Shown: positions 19,206 to 27,233 of the stretch, in pieces
Layout: each line of letters starts with the position of its first letter
Numbering within the stretch: the first letter of the stretch is position 1
Source of the DNA: Planctomycetota bacterium
GTDB lineage: Bacteria > Planctomycetota > PUPC01 > DSUN01
Direction: 5' to 3'
DNA length: 46,101 bases
NCBI GenBank assembly: GCA_016872855.1
Contig: VGYV01000001.1
Coordinates: 1-46,101, forward strand
Notes under the pieces: generated by a model
Database searches by the model: none
What the model saw: the letters and a program-made list of their open reading frames with translations, nothing else
What the model was told of the DNA's origin: nothing
Made by a program: the position numbers and the translations under genes

Positions 19206-19714
19206 TGGAAGACCTGTCGCTTCACATCCTCGACATTGTGGACAACTCGCTTCGTTCCGAGGCGAAGCTGGTGGAGATCTCACTCGTCGAGGACACTGAG
19301 CAGGACCTGCTCACGCTCGAGGTGAGGGACGACGGGAAGGGCATGCCGGCCGAGGAGTGCGCTCGGGCGGCCGACCCGTTCTTCACCACCAAGCCGGGGA
19401 AGAGGTTCGGCCTCGGCCTGGCGCTCCTGGCTCAGGCGACCAGAGAGGCCGGGGGAGAACTCAAGGTGTCCTCCTCCCCAGGTGCTGGGACGACGGTGCG
19501 GGCGACCTTCCGCTACGGCCACCCCGACCGCAAGCCCCTGGGCGACATGGCGGCAACGCTGGAGACGCTGGTGGCAGGACACCCCGAGGTTGCCTTCGTC
19601 TACGAGCACAGGCGGGTGCCCCGGGCACCCGGAGCCGGCGACGGGTCGGGCAACGGGCGCACAGATGTTGCTCTGCTCGATACCAGGAAGCTGAGGCGGC
19701 CATGGTCAACCTGA
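19205..19714 (+). CDS. small GHKL-type ATPase (HATPase_c-only protein)
   Basis: LHILDIVDNSL (N-box-like), RDDGKGMP, GLGLALL. The ATG overlaps the previous TAA by 1 nt. Confidence 0.65.
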   Translation: MEDLSLHILDIVDNSLRSEAKLVEISLVEDTEQDLLTLEVRDDGKGMPAEECARAADPFFTTKPGKRFGLGLALLAQATREAGGELKVSSSPGAGTTVRATFRYGHPDRKPLGDMAATLETLVAGHPEVAFVYEHRRVPRAPGAGDGSGNGRTDVALLDTRKLRRPWST

Positions 19715-22700
19715 CGATTGACGGCCAGCAGGTGGGTGTGGAGCCCGGCACGAGCGTGTTGGATGCATGCCGGAAGCTGGGGATGAAGATCCCCACGCTG
19801 TGCCACCATAGGTCGCTGCCGGCCTACGGCGCCTGCCGGCTCTGCCTCGTCGAGGTCGAGGAGCGCGGTCGGAGCAGGATTCAGGCCTCCTGCCTCTACC
19901 CGGCGCGGGAGGGCCTCGTGGTGCGCACGAACACCGACGCGGTCGTCCGCACGCGCCGCATCATTGCCGAGTTGCTCCTGGCCCGCTGCCCAAGTTCCGA
20001 GAAGGTCAGGGAGGTGGCCGCGGAGCTAGGCGTTAGCGAGACCAGGTTCCCGAAGAAGAACGAGGACTGCATGCTCTGCGGCCTGTGCATCAGGGTCTGC
20101 TCCGAGCTGATGAAGAGCGGGGCGATCGACTTCTCCGCTCGCGGCAACCGGCGCAAGGTCGGCCCGGCCTACGACAGACGTTCGCCTGTGTGCATGGCCT
20201 GCGGCGCTTGCCAGGTGGTCTGCCCGACTGGGGCGGTTGACCTCAGCAAGGTCTCCGCGCGCGAGCCACGGCCCACACCAGCGCACTTCGACGCGGGACT
20301 CGTCCCGCGCCCCTCAATCTACATCCCGTACCCCCAGGCCATACCCAAGGTGCCAGTCATTGATCGCGAGACGTGCATGTACTTCCGCAAGGGCGAGGCG
20401 GTGGCCGCGTGCAGGTCGTGCGCCAACTTCTGCGAGGCCAAGGCCATTGATTACACCCAACAGGACAGTGCCCTTGCCCTGGACGTGGGCGCCGTGGTGA
20501 TCGCGCCGGGCTTCGAGATCTGCGACCACACCCTGCGTGCAGAGTACGGCTTCGGGCAGTACCCGAACGTCATCAGCAGCCTCCAGTTCGAGCGCCTGCT
20601 TTCCGCCAGCGGGCCGCATCAGGGCCATGTCGTGCGCCCGTCCGACGGCAAGGAGCCCAGGCGCATCGCCTCCATCCAGTGCGTAGGCTCGCGCGAGGAC
20701 GAGGCCAGCTACTGCTCCTCCGTGTGCTGCATGTACGCCGTCAAGCACGCCCTCATGGCAAGAGAGCACCTGCCAGGGGTCGAGCACACGGTCTTTTTCA
20801 TGGACCTCAGGGCCTTTGGAAAAGGCTTCGACGCTTATTACGAGCGCGCCCAGCACGAGGGGGTGCGCTTCGTGCGGGCGCGCCCCGCAACCGTCGAGGA
20901 ACTCGCCGAGGAGCATAACCTCCGCATCAAGTACCTCAACGAGCAAGGCGAGTTCAAGGACGAGGAGTTCGACCTCGTTGTGCTCTCGTGCGGCATGCGG
21001 CCCTCGCCGGGCGCCGCGGAGGCGGCCGAGCGGCTCGGCGTGGCCCGCGACGAGGACGGCTACAGCCTTGTTGAGCGCCTTGCCCCCCTGGATACGAATC
21101 GCGCCGGCGTCTACGTGTGCGGCCCGTTTGCGGAGCCGAAGGACATTCCCGAGACAGTCATGCAGGCGAGCGGCGCCGCCGCGCGCGCCATGGCCCTCCT
21201 GGCCGAGGCGCGTGGCACCATGGTGCAGCCGAAGCATTACCCGCCCGAGAGGGACGTGTCGGGCGAGGAGCCCAGGATCGGCGTCTTCGTCTGCCACTGC
21301 GGGCGCAACATTGGCGGGGTGATCCGCGTCCCGGAGGTCGTGGAGTACGCCCGGAGCCTGCCCAATGTGGTCCACGCCGAGGAGAACCTCTATACGTGCT
21401 CCACGGACAGCCAGCAGAAGATCCGCGAGGCGATTGAAAAGCACAGGCTCAACCGCGTCCTGGTCGCCTCCTGCACGCCGCGGACCCACGAGCCGCTGTT
21501 CCGCGACACCCTGCGCGAGGCGGGCCTGAACCAGTACCTCTTCGAGATGGCTAACGTCCGCGACCAGTGCTCCTGGGTGCACATGCACGAGCCCGACAAG
21601 GCGACGGCCAAGGCCAAGGCCCTGGTCCGCATGGGAATCGCAAAGGCTCGCCTCATCGAGCCGCTTGCGGAACGAACGCTCCCGCTGAACCACGGCGCGC
21701 TGGTCATCGGCGGCGGGCTTGCCGGGATGACCTCCGCGCTCGCCCTGGCCGACGAAGGCTTCAACGTCCACCTCATCGAGCGCGAGGCCACCCTCGGCGG
21801 CCACGCTAAGCACGTGCAGTACCTCCCAGGCGGGGAGAACCCGCAGGCATTCCTTGCGGAGACGATCCGGCGGGTCCTGGACCACCCACGCATCGCCGTC
21901 CACCTCGGCGCCACCCTTGCCCGCCTTGAGGGGTTCGTGGGCAACTTCAAGACCCAGCTCAGCAGGAACGGCACCACTGAGGAGGTAGAGCACGGGGTGA
22001 TTGTGGTGGCCACGGGCGCCCAGACCCACAAGCCGACCGAGTACCTCTACGGCGAGAACGAGCGGGTGGTGACCCAGGTGGAGTTCGAGCAGATGCTCGC
22101 CGCCGGGGGCGTAGAGGCGGAGAATGTCGTGATGATCCAGTGCGTCGGCTCGCGCGACGACACCCGCCCCTACTGTAGCCGGCTGTGCTGCTCGCACGCC
22201 ATCCGCAACGCCTTGAAGCTCAAGGAGCTGCGCCCCCACGCCAACGTCTTCGTACTCTACCGCGACGTGCGCACGTACGGGTTCCGCGAGAAGTACTACC
22301 GCCTCGCGCGCGAGAAGGGCGTGCGGTTCATCCGCTACGAGCCGGAGCGCAGGCCGGTCGTTTCAGCTGAAAATGGCAAGCTGCGCGTTACGACGTGGGA
22401 CCCGATCCTTGAGAGGACGCTGGCGATTGATTGCGACCGGCTGGTGCTCTCGCCTGCCATCGTGGCGCGAGAGGACGGTCAAGCGCTTGCGCAGATGCTC
22501 AAGGTGCCGCTGAACCAGGAGCGCTTCTTCCTGGAGGCGCACCTGAAGCTGCGGCCGGTGGACTTCGCGACCGACGGCGTGTTCCTGTGCGGCCTGGCCC
22601 ACGCGCCCAAGACCCTCGACGAGACGCTCGCCCAGGCCACTGCCGCCGCATCCCGCGCGGCGACCATTCTCGGCAAGGACAAGCTCCCGCTGGAGTCGGC

Positions 22701-22947
22701 CATCTCCGAGGTGATTGACGCGAACTGCGACGGCTGCGCCTATTGCATTGACCCGTGCCCGTACAAGGCGCTGACGCTCATCGAGTACATGCGGGGGGGC
22801 GCGATCAAGAAGACCGTGGAGACCAACGAGGCGCTCTGCAAGGGCTGCGGCGTGTGCCAGGCCACTTGCCCCAAGCGCGGCATCTTCGTCCGCCACTACA
22901 AGCTCGACCAGATCGCCGCAGTGGTGGCTGCCGCACTGGAGCCATGA
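19702..22947 (+). CDS. hdrA: fusion protein: NuoG/HydA-N-terminal [2Fe-2S]+[4Fe-4S] ferredoxin module + HdrA lacking its N-terminal ~130 aa + second HdrA-like flavoprotein module
   Basis: The ATG at 19702 lies inside track ORF 19357..22947. MVNLTIDGQQV...CHHRSLPAYGACRLCLVEV is NuoG-N-like. From RPSIYIPYPQAIPKVPVID onward it is collinear with residues ~140-1001 of the HdrA at 28339 (SLQFERLLSASGPHQGH, CVGSRE, GPKDIPE, IGVFVCHCGRNI, THEPLF, VIGGGLAGM...). Confidence 0.85.
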   Translation: MVNLTIDGQQVGVEPGTSVLDACRKLGMKIPTLCHHRSLPAYGACRLCLVEVEERGRSRIQASCLYPAREGLVVRTNTDAVVRTRRIIAELLLARCPSSEKVREVAAELGVSETRFPKKNEDCMLCGLCIRVCSELMKSGAIDFSARGNRRKVGPAYDRRSPVCMACGACQVVCPTGAVDLSKVSAREPRPTPAHFDAGLVPRPSIYIPYPQAIPKVPVIDRETCMYFRKGEAVAACRSCANFCEAKAIDYTQQDSALALDVGAVVIAPGFEICDHTLRAEYGFGQYPNVISSLQFERLLSASGPHQGHVVRPSDGKEPRRIASIQCVGSREDEASYCSSVCCMYAVKHALMAREHLPGVEHTVFFMDLRAFGKGFDAYYERAQHEGVRFVRARPATVEELAEEHNLRIKYLNEQGEFKDEEFDLVVLSCGMRPSPGAAEAAERLGVARDEDGYSLVERLAPLDTNRAGVYVCGPFAEPKDIPETVMQASGAAARAMALLAEARGTMVQPKHYPPERDVSGEEPRIGVFVCHCGRNIGGVIRVPEVVEYARSLPNVVHAEENLYTCSTDSQQKIREAIEKHRLNRVLVASCTPRTHEPLFRDTLREAGLNQYLFEMANVRDQCSWVHMHEPDKATAKAKALVRMGIAKARLIEPLAERTLPLNHGALVIGGGLAGMTSALALADEGFNVHLIEREATLGGHAKHVQYLPGGENPQAFLAETIRRVLDHPRIAVHLGATLARLEGFVGNFKTQLSRNGTTEEVEHGVIVVATGAQTHKPTEYLYGENERVVTQVEFEQMLAAGGVEAENVVMIQCVGSRDDTRPYCSRLCCSHAIRNALKLKELRPHANVFVLYRDVRTYGFREKYYRLAREKGVRFIRYEPERRPVVSAENGKLRVTTWDPILERTLAIDCDRLVLSPAIVAREDGQALAQMLKVPLNQERFFLEAHLKLRPVDFATDGVFLCGLAHAPKTLDETLAQATAAASRAATILGKDKLPLESAISEVIDANCDGCAYCIDPCPYKALTLIEYMRGGAIKKTVETNEALCKGCGVCQATCPKRGIFVRHYKLDQIAAVVAAALEP

Positions 22948-23366
22948 TGAGCGAAACAGACTTCGAGCCGATCATCGTCGCCTTTTGTTGCAACTGGTGC
23001 TCCTACGCCGGGGCCGACCTGGCCGGCACATCGCGCCTCCAGTACCCGCCCAACGTGCGGATCGTGCGCGTGATGTGCTCCGGCATGGTGCACCCGAACC
23101 TCGTGATGGACGCGCTCACCAAGGGCGCGGACGGGGTGATGATCTGCGGCTGCCACCCGGGCGACTGCCATTACCTGGAGGGCAACCTCAAGGCCCAGAA
23201 GCGCGCGGAAGCAATCCAGCTCATGCTTGAAGACTTCGGCCTGGAGCAAGAGCGCTTCCGCCTGGAGTGGATTTCGGCCTCCGAGGGGCCGCGTTTCGCC
23301 AAGGTGATGACCGAGATGGCCGAGACGATCAAGGCAATCGGCCCAAGCCCGTACCGCGCAGCGTAG
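22944..23366 (+). CDS. mvhD: MvhD-type [2Fe-2S] hydrogenase delta subunit
   Basis: IIVAFCCNWCSYAGADLAG...RVMCSGMV...GCHPGDCHY signature. ATGA overlap with the hdrA stop. Confidence 0.9.
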   Translation: MMSETDFEPIIVAFCCNWCSYAGADLAGTSRLQYPPNVRIVRVMCSGMVHPNLVMDALTKGADGVMICGCHPGDCHYLEGNLKAQKRAEAIQLMLEDFGLEQERFRLEWISASEGPRFAKVMTEMAETIKAIGPSPYRAA

Positions 23367-23374
23367 GAGCAGGC

Positions 23375-23608
23375 ATGGCGCCGCAAGACGTCCGGTTCTT
23401 CGAGGGGCGCAAGTTCATGTGGGACGGCGAGGCCTACCCGTCCCGCGACGCTGCCGAGGCAAAGCGAAAGGAGTACACCGACAACCGGTTCGAGACCCAG
23501 CTCATCGAGGAGGATGGCGCCTTTCTCGTGTACACGAGGCGGGTGGTGACGGAGGTGGTGGTCGAGGGTGACGGGCTGCCCATCGCTGGCGATGGGCGCC
23601 CGGCCTGA
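23375..23608 (+). CDS. small hypothetical protein (77 aa) between mvhD and mvhG
   Basis: The ATG is preceded by AGGAG at 5-nt spacing. MAPQDVRFFEGRKFMWDGEAYPSRDAAEAKRKEYTDNRFETQLIEEDGAFLVYTRRVV... No family recognised. Confidence 0.5.
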   Translation: MAPQDVRFFEGRKFMWDGEAYPSRDAAEAKRKEYTDNRFETQLIEEDGAFLVYTRRVVTEVVVEGDGLPIAGDGRPA

Positions 23609-23640
23609 CCCGACAGGGCCTAGCGCGAAAGGAGACCGCA

Positions 23641-24603
23641 ATGCCTGTCAAGGTCGCAGAAGAGTGGCTCAACATCTGCGGCGGGTGCGAGGTGAGCATC
23701 CTCGACATCGGGGAGCCGCTCCTCGACCTGCTGCCAAAGCTCCAGTTCGTGCACATGCCCGTGCTCATGGACCACAAGTACTTCGGGCAGACGGGCGAGG
23801 GCACGCAACTGGAGATCCCCGAGGCCGACGTCGGGATCATCACGGGGGGGGTTCGCAACGAGAAGGAGAAACACGTCGCCGAGGCAATGCGGAAGTCCTG
23901 CAAGACCCTCATCGCGCTCGGCTCCTGCGCCTGCTTCGGCGGCATCCCGGCCATGGCCAACATGTTCACCCTCGAGGAGGTCTACGAAAAGGTCTACCGC
24001 GGGTCGAAGACAACTGATCCCGCCGCCACGCCAAGCACTAACCTCCCGCCCCTGCTGGAGTCCCTGAAGGCGGTGGACGAGGTGGTGAAGGTGGATGTGG
24101 AGCTCCCCGGCTGCCCCACGGTGCCCGGCCTCATCGTGGAGGCGCTCACCGCGCTGCTGGAGGGGAAGCCATTCGCGCTCCCCGAGCGGAGCGTTTGCGA
24201 CGAGTGCCCGGTCAAGCGCGAGAAGAAGGCTTCTGGCGGCACGATCGCCCGCCCGCTGCGGAGCGTCGAGTTCAAGCAGGGCGAGCCGTGGGAGAACACC
24301 CGCTGCTACATGGAGCAGGGGGTCCTGTGCCTGGGGCCGGTGACGCGAGCCGGGTGCGCCGCGGCCACCGATATCCCCGGCGAGGCCAAGGTGCCGCGGT
24401 GCGTCAAGGGCTACATGCCCTGCCGCGGCTGCTTCGGGCCGATACGCAAAGGAGCCAACCCGCTGGTGGACATGATGGGCGCAGTGACCTCGATCGGCCT
24501 CGACGCTAAACAGGTGCTCGACCGCCGCGCGCTGCTCAACCGCTACCTCGGCGCGCAGGGTCGGCTTCGTCCCCTCCCCACAAAGCCCGCTCCACGGAGG
24601 TAA
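23641..24603 (+). CDS. mvhG: [NiFe]-hydrogenase small subunit, group 3c type (MvhG)
   Basis: No signal peptide. LNICGGCEVS, LGSCACFGGIPA, LPGCP, and C-terminal Cys-rich Fe-S ligands. Confidence 0.85.
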   Translation: MPVKVAEEWLNICGGCEVSILDIGEPLLDLLPKLQFVHMPVLMDHKYFGQTGEGTQLEIPEADVGIITGGVRNEKEKHVAEAMRKSCKTLIALGSCACFGGIPAMANMFTLEEVYEKVYRGSKTTDPAATPSTNLPPLLESLKAVDEVVKVDVELPGCPTVPGLIVEALTALLEGKPFALPERSVCDECPVKREKKASGGTIARPLRSVEFKQGEPWENTRCYMEQGVLCLGPVTRAGCAAATDIPGEAKVPRCVKGYMPCRGCFGPIRKGANPLVDMMGAVTSIGLDAKQVLDRRALLNRYLGAQGRLRPLPTKPAPRR

Positions 24604-24609
24604 CCGGCC

Positions 24610-26058
24610 ATGGGTAAGACGATCACGATCGCCCCAGTGACCCGCATCGAAGGCCACGCGAAGGTGACGATCCAGCTCGACGACGCCGGAAACGTGGCCG
24701 ACACTCAGGTGAACGTCGTAGAGCTGCGCGGCTTCGAGAAGTTCTGCGTCGGCCGCCCCGTCGAGGAGCTGCTCCGCATCGTCACCAGCATCTGCGGAGT
24801 GTGCCCGTGGTCGCACCACCTGGCCTCCGCGAAGGCCAACGACGCCGTCTTCGGCGTCACGCCGCCCCCCGCCGGCCGCAAGCTGCGAGAGCTTTGCAAC
24901 GCCATCGCCTACACCGAGGAGCACATCCTGCACTTCTTCTTTCTGGCCGGCGCGGACTTTGTGATGGGGCCTGACGCCGACTACGCGGTCCGCAACGTCC
25001 TCGGCATCGCGGCGGCCAACCCCGACATCGCCAAGGCAGTCGTCCGCAACCGCCACCTCGGCGCCCAGATGCTCGGCATCGTCTCAGGGAAGTCCATCCA
25101 CCCGGTCACTGCCGTGCCTGGAGGCTTCAGCAAGCCCCTGGCGGAGGATGAGCGCCAGCGGCTGGCGCCCATGGCAGGCGAGGTCCTGGAGTTCGCCAAG
25201 TTCGCCATCGGCTTCGCCAAGGCCAACATCTTCCCCAAGTACCTCGACGCCATCAAGACCCTTGCGGTCATCAAGACTGGTTTCCTCGGCACTGTCACGG
25301 AGGACGGCGCGCTCAACCTCTACGACGGCAAGCTGCGCCTCATGAAGCCGGACGGTTCTTACACCGACTTCCGCTACGACCAATACACCGAGCACCTGGG
25401 CGAGAAGGTGCTCCCCTGGTCGTATCTGAAGTTCCCCTACGCCAAGGCCTGGGGCGAAGGATTCGACATGGACCTCGCGGCGCCCAAGGGCATCTACCGC
25501 ACGAACACCCTGGCGCGCCTCAACGTCTGCGACAAGATCGCCACGCCGCTGGCCCAGGCCGAGTTCGAGGGGTTCCGCGCGCAGTTCGGCCGACCCGTTC
25601 AGCACACCCTCCTCTACCACTACGCGCGGCTTATCGAGCTCCTCTACAACGCCGAGCTGGCCGTCCAGCTCCTCAACGACCCGGAGATCACCGGCAGGGA
25701 GACTCGCGTCCCCGTCACGCCGCGCGCGGCCCGGGGCGTCGGGTGCGTCGAGGCCCCGCGAGGCACCCTTATCCACGACTACGAGACCGACGCGGAGGGG
25801 ATTGTGACGGACGCGAACCTGATTGTTGGGACGACGCACAACAACGCGCCGATCAACATGTCCGTGAAGCAGGCCGCCACTTCCCTCATCAAGGGCGGCA
25901 AGTACGACCAGGGCATCCTCAATAGGGTCGAGATGGCCATCCGCGCATACGACCCATGCCTGTCGTGCGCCACGCACGCCCTCGACGGGACGTTGGCTGT
26001 GAAGGTGGAGGTCTTTGACCACACCGGCGAGCTTTTGGATACGCTCGCCAACTGCTAG
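24610..26058 (+). CDS. mvhA: [NiFe]-hydrogenase large subunit, group 3c type (MvhA)
   Basis: TRIEGHAKV, SICGVCPWSHH (L1), and DPCLSCATH followed by a 26-aa C-terminal extension that is a protease substrate. Confidence 0.9.
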   Translation: MGKTITIAPVTRIEGHAKVTIQLDDAGNVADTQVNVVELRGFEKFCVGRPVEELLRIVTSICGVCPWSHHLASAKANDAVFGVTPPPAGRKLRELCNAIAYTEEHILHFFFLAGADFVMGPDADYAVRNVLGIAAANPDIAKAVVRNRHLGAQMLGIVSGKSIHPVTAVPGGFSKPLAEDERQRLAPMAGEVLEFAKFAIGFAKANIFPKYLDAIKTLAVIKTGFLGTVTEDGALNLYDGKLRLMKPDGSYTDFRYDQYTEHLGEKVLPWSYLKFPYAKAWGEGFDMDLAAPKGIYRTNTLARLNVCDKIATPLAQAEFEGFRAQFGRPVQHTLLYHYARLIELLYNAELAVQLLNDPEITGRETRVPVTPRAARGVGCVEAPRGTLIHDYETDAEGIVTDANLIVGTTHNNAPINMSVKQAATSLIKGGKYDQGILNRVEMAIRAYDPCLSCATHALDGTLAVKVEVFDHTGELLDTLANC

Positions 26059-26159
26059 CCCGGGCGGCTGGGAGGGCGAGGCTCCGGCCGAGCCGTCTTC
26101 TCCGTCCCTGCGCGGCTCAGCAGGAGCTTTGCCCTCCCTGCGACGTGAGAGAGCAAGCC

Positions 26160-26744
26160 ATGCTTGAACACTGCGCCTGCGAGACGCTGGTGCTTGGCTG
26201 CGGCAACGAGCTGTTCGGCGACGACGGCTTCGGCCGCGCCGTGGCGCGCCGCCTCCGCGAGAGCCCACTGCTCCCACAGGGGGTGCTGGCGCTCGACGCC
26301 GGCACCGCTGTGCGTGAGGTTCTCTTCGACGTGCTGCTCGGGCCTGTGCGGCCGCGGCGGGTGGTGGTGGTGGACGCCGTGGACCTGGGGCGCGAGCCGG
26401 GAGAGGTGTGGTGCATCGAGGCGCGCGACCTGCCAGAGGTCAAGCTCGACGATTTCTCGATGCACCAGGTGCCCACGTCGAACCTCCTGCGCGAGCTTCA
26501 CGAGCTCGCCGGCGTGGAGGTCACCTGCGTGGTGGGCCAGGTGAGCGCGTTCCCGCGGGAGGTGCAGCCGGGGTTGTCTGCACCGATGCAGGACGCCGTG
26601 GGCCGCGCGGCGGAGATGATCCTGAACGCGGAATTGCAGATTGCCAATTGCCGATTGCCGATCGAGGAGCATGGGGCCAGCGGGCGGTCATATCTTCAAT
26701 CGGAAATCGGAGATTGGAAATCGGAAATCCCCGAGAGGAGCTGA
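26160..26744 (+). CDS. hydrogenase maturation endopeptidase (HycI/FrhD-like) with a repeat-encoded C-terminal tail
   Basis: LVLGCGNELFGDDGFG...VVVDAVD...SMHQ motifs. The last ~35 codons run through the heptad repeat arrays. The start is ATG 26160 or GTG 26145. Confidence 0.75.
   Translation: MLEHCACETLVLGCGNELFGDDGFGRAVARRLRESPLLPQGVLALDAGTAVREVLFDVLLGPVRPRRVVVVDAVDLGREPGEVWCIEARDLPEVKLDDFSMHQVPTSNLLRELHELAGVEVTCVVGQVSAFPREVQPGLSAPMQDAVGRAAEMILNAELQIANCRLPIEEHGASGRSYLQSEIGDWKSEIPERS
26633..26731. repeat. two inverted arrays of 7-nt tandem repeats
   Basis: Left array: ATTGCAG ATTGCCA ATTGCCG ATTGCCG (26633-26660). Right array: CAATCGG AAATCGG AGATTGG AAATCGG AAATCCC (26697-26731). The arrays are imperfect reverse complements (6 of 7 positions) separated by 36 nt. 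Confidence 0.85.
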
Positions 26745-26747
26745 GCC

Positions 26748-27233
26748 ATGCCCGAGGAGGAGCCCGTGGTGCAGGTGGGCGACCTTGACCTTCGGTTTGC
26801 CGACGAGGTGGCCTCGCAGCCTGGCGGCGAGCACATCCGGCGCTGCTTCGCCTGCGGCACGTGTGCCGCCGGTTGTCCCATCACCGAGGTGGACCCCGAT
26901 TACAACCCCAGGAAGATCGTCCGCCAGATCCTGTTCGGCATGCGCGACGAGGTGCTCTCCTCGCCCCGCATCTGGTACTGCCTTGTCTGCTACCGGTGCT
27001 ATGCGCGATGCCCACAGAAGGTGAACTTCACCGACGTGATGCGCGCGCTCCGCTATCTCGCCATCAAGGGCCGTCATGCGCCCAGCGACGTCCTGAAGCG
27101 CATCGAGGAGCTCGACCGCCTGGCGCAGAGCCTCCGCCACAACCTCGTCCAGTACAGCTTCGAGAAGCGTTCGGAGCTCCTGGACGCCTTTCGGAACAAG
27201 GTCGAGGAGCAACTGAAGGGGATGAGCACGTGA
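26748..27233 (+). CDS. HdrC-like 2x[4Fe-4S] protein
   Basis: CFACGTCAAGCP and CLVCYRCYARCP motifs, 161 aa, with GAGAGGAG SD. Confidence 0.8.
   Translation: MPEEEPVVQVGDLDLRFADEVASQPGGEHIRRCFACGTCAAGCPITEVDPDYNPRKIVRQILFGMRDEVLSSPRIWYCLVCYRCYARCPQKVNFTDVMRALRYLAIKGRHAPSDVLKRIEELDRLAQSLRHNLVQYSFEKRSELLDAFRNKVEEQLKGMST

Noticed and set aside
21211-21230. TGGCACCATGGTGCA and other TGGCAC occurrences (for example near 1462, 5144, 6045, 37507 and 42294).
   Set aside because: They lie inside coding regions. They also have wrong spacing or lack a TTGC -12 element.
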